Shown piece after piece: positions 63,046 through 64,000 of a DNA stretch of 64,000 nucleotides (position 1 is the stretch's first letter; each line of letters begins with the position of its first letter). The position numbers and the translations under genes were made by a program. The DNA is from Schmidtea polychroa. Taxonomy: Eukaryota. Under the pieces are notes generated by a model. That model saw only the letters and a list, made by a program, of their open reading frames with translations. It ran no database searches and was not told where the DNA came from. The DNA lies in the NCBI GenBank assembly GCA_044892525.1, contig CM097885.1, positions 238,640,001 through 238,704,000 on the forward strand. Reading direction: 5' to 3'.

Positions 63046-64000
63046 TGTTGGTAAAATATCAATGTTTTAAGGGAAATTGCAATTAGTCAGTTATGAATCA
63101 ATAATAATTATATCGTTTTATTAGGTTGTGATTAATGCACAGTAAAGTAATTTAGAACAATGTTTTATTAAGTAGGGATAATGATCGATTTACTTGGTTT
63201 TGACAATGAAATCTTTACAGATAATTGGGATTGATATCAACTTTAAATTATTTTTATCTTTATTTAGACGGACAACGACAAAAGTTGGAAATATTGATTT
63301 AAAACGTCGACTAAAGAAAATTGATCTTTATTGGGAGAAATCTATCGGGTGATTTTAATTAGTAATTAAATCGGTTGGATATCGGTAAAAATGATCATTT
63401 GAAGAAATATGGATAAATTTAATCTTTCTATGCAACTACTCAGTTATATTGTACAGTCAAATTTCAAGCAATATTTATTTTAAATTTCGATTACAGTGAT
63501 TTATTTTTAGAACAAAAATTTAATTATAACTGTTTTTTGTCATTAAACTTTATAAATTGTTTAGAGTTAATGATTTTACATGTTTTATAGGGAAATATTC
63601 GTGATAATAGGAATTAAAGATATAATTATAGTCATTTAAACGGGATTTTAAGCAATCTTATTAGTCTGAGGGAAATATATAACCTTTTAAGGGTATTTAT
63701 CGATAAAATACTTATCTTTAAAGATAGAGTTATTTCATGGAAATTTGATGCTTTTTAGATGATTTTAGTAGAAAATTTACTTGGATATACCAATTATTGA
63801 CATTTAAATGAATTTACTGGTTTATTAGATGTTATCATTAGTTATCTAGTCTCTTTTGGAATTTAATGATAATTATTTTTATTGTAGATTGTTGACTTTG
63901 ATAATGGTAATGAATTCATACTGAATTTTGTGTATAATTTGAGGAATTAGTAAATAGATTTGAATATACGTGTATTACTTTTAAAAAATAATTAAAATTA

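Noticed and set aside
61490..64000. Mitochondrial insertion suggested by G/T skew
   Set aside because: No recognisable mitochondrial protein, rRNA or tRNA; part of it matches a dispersed repeat at 1-650

Overview
Very AT-rich animal genomic DNA; the tiny introns and repeat content would fit a flatworm such as a planarian, but the taxon is inferred. There are two host genes, arranged head-to-head with ATGs about 0.5 kb apart. One is an intronless LRR-Ig single-pass membrane protein (1146-3020, -). The other is a complete 16-exon plasma-membrane Ca2+-ATPase (PMCA/ATP2B, 3526-54164, +; 3756-nt spliced CDS, 1251 aa, all splice phases consistent). PMCA introns are either 41-73 nt or 2.5-9.8 kb. 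The long introns are packed with transposons: a 4.6-kb Ty3/gypsy element with identical AGT..ACT LTRs, a Helitron with a nested hAT, hAT, Tc1-mariner/pogo and MULE-type elements, and several Penelope-like remnants. A piggyBac-type MITE and a BEL/Pao remnant lie downstream of the gene. The most notable hidden layer is a set of minimal type I hammerhead ribozymes. Three have the canonical CUGAUGA core and lie on the PMCA sense strand; two of these share the same palindromic stem III. A further U3-A8 variant family is carried by a hairpin repeat. Near the right end is a ~2-kb palindrome with an almost A/T-only centre and tandem-repeat arms. It adjoins a repeat whose inverted homolog occupies the first ~650 bp of the window.
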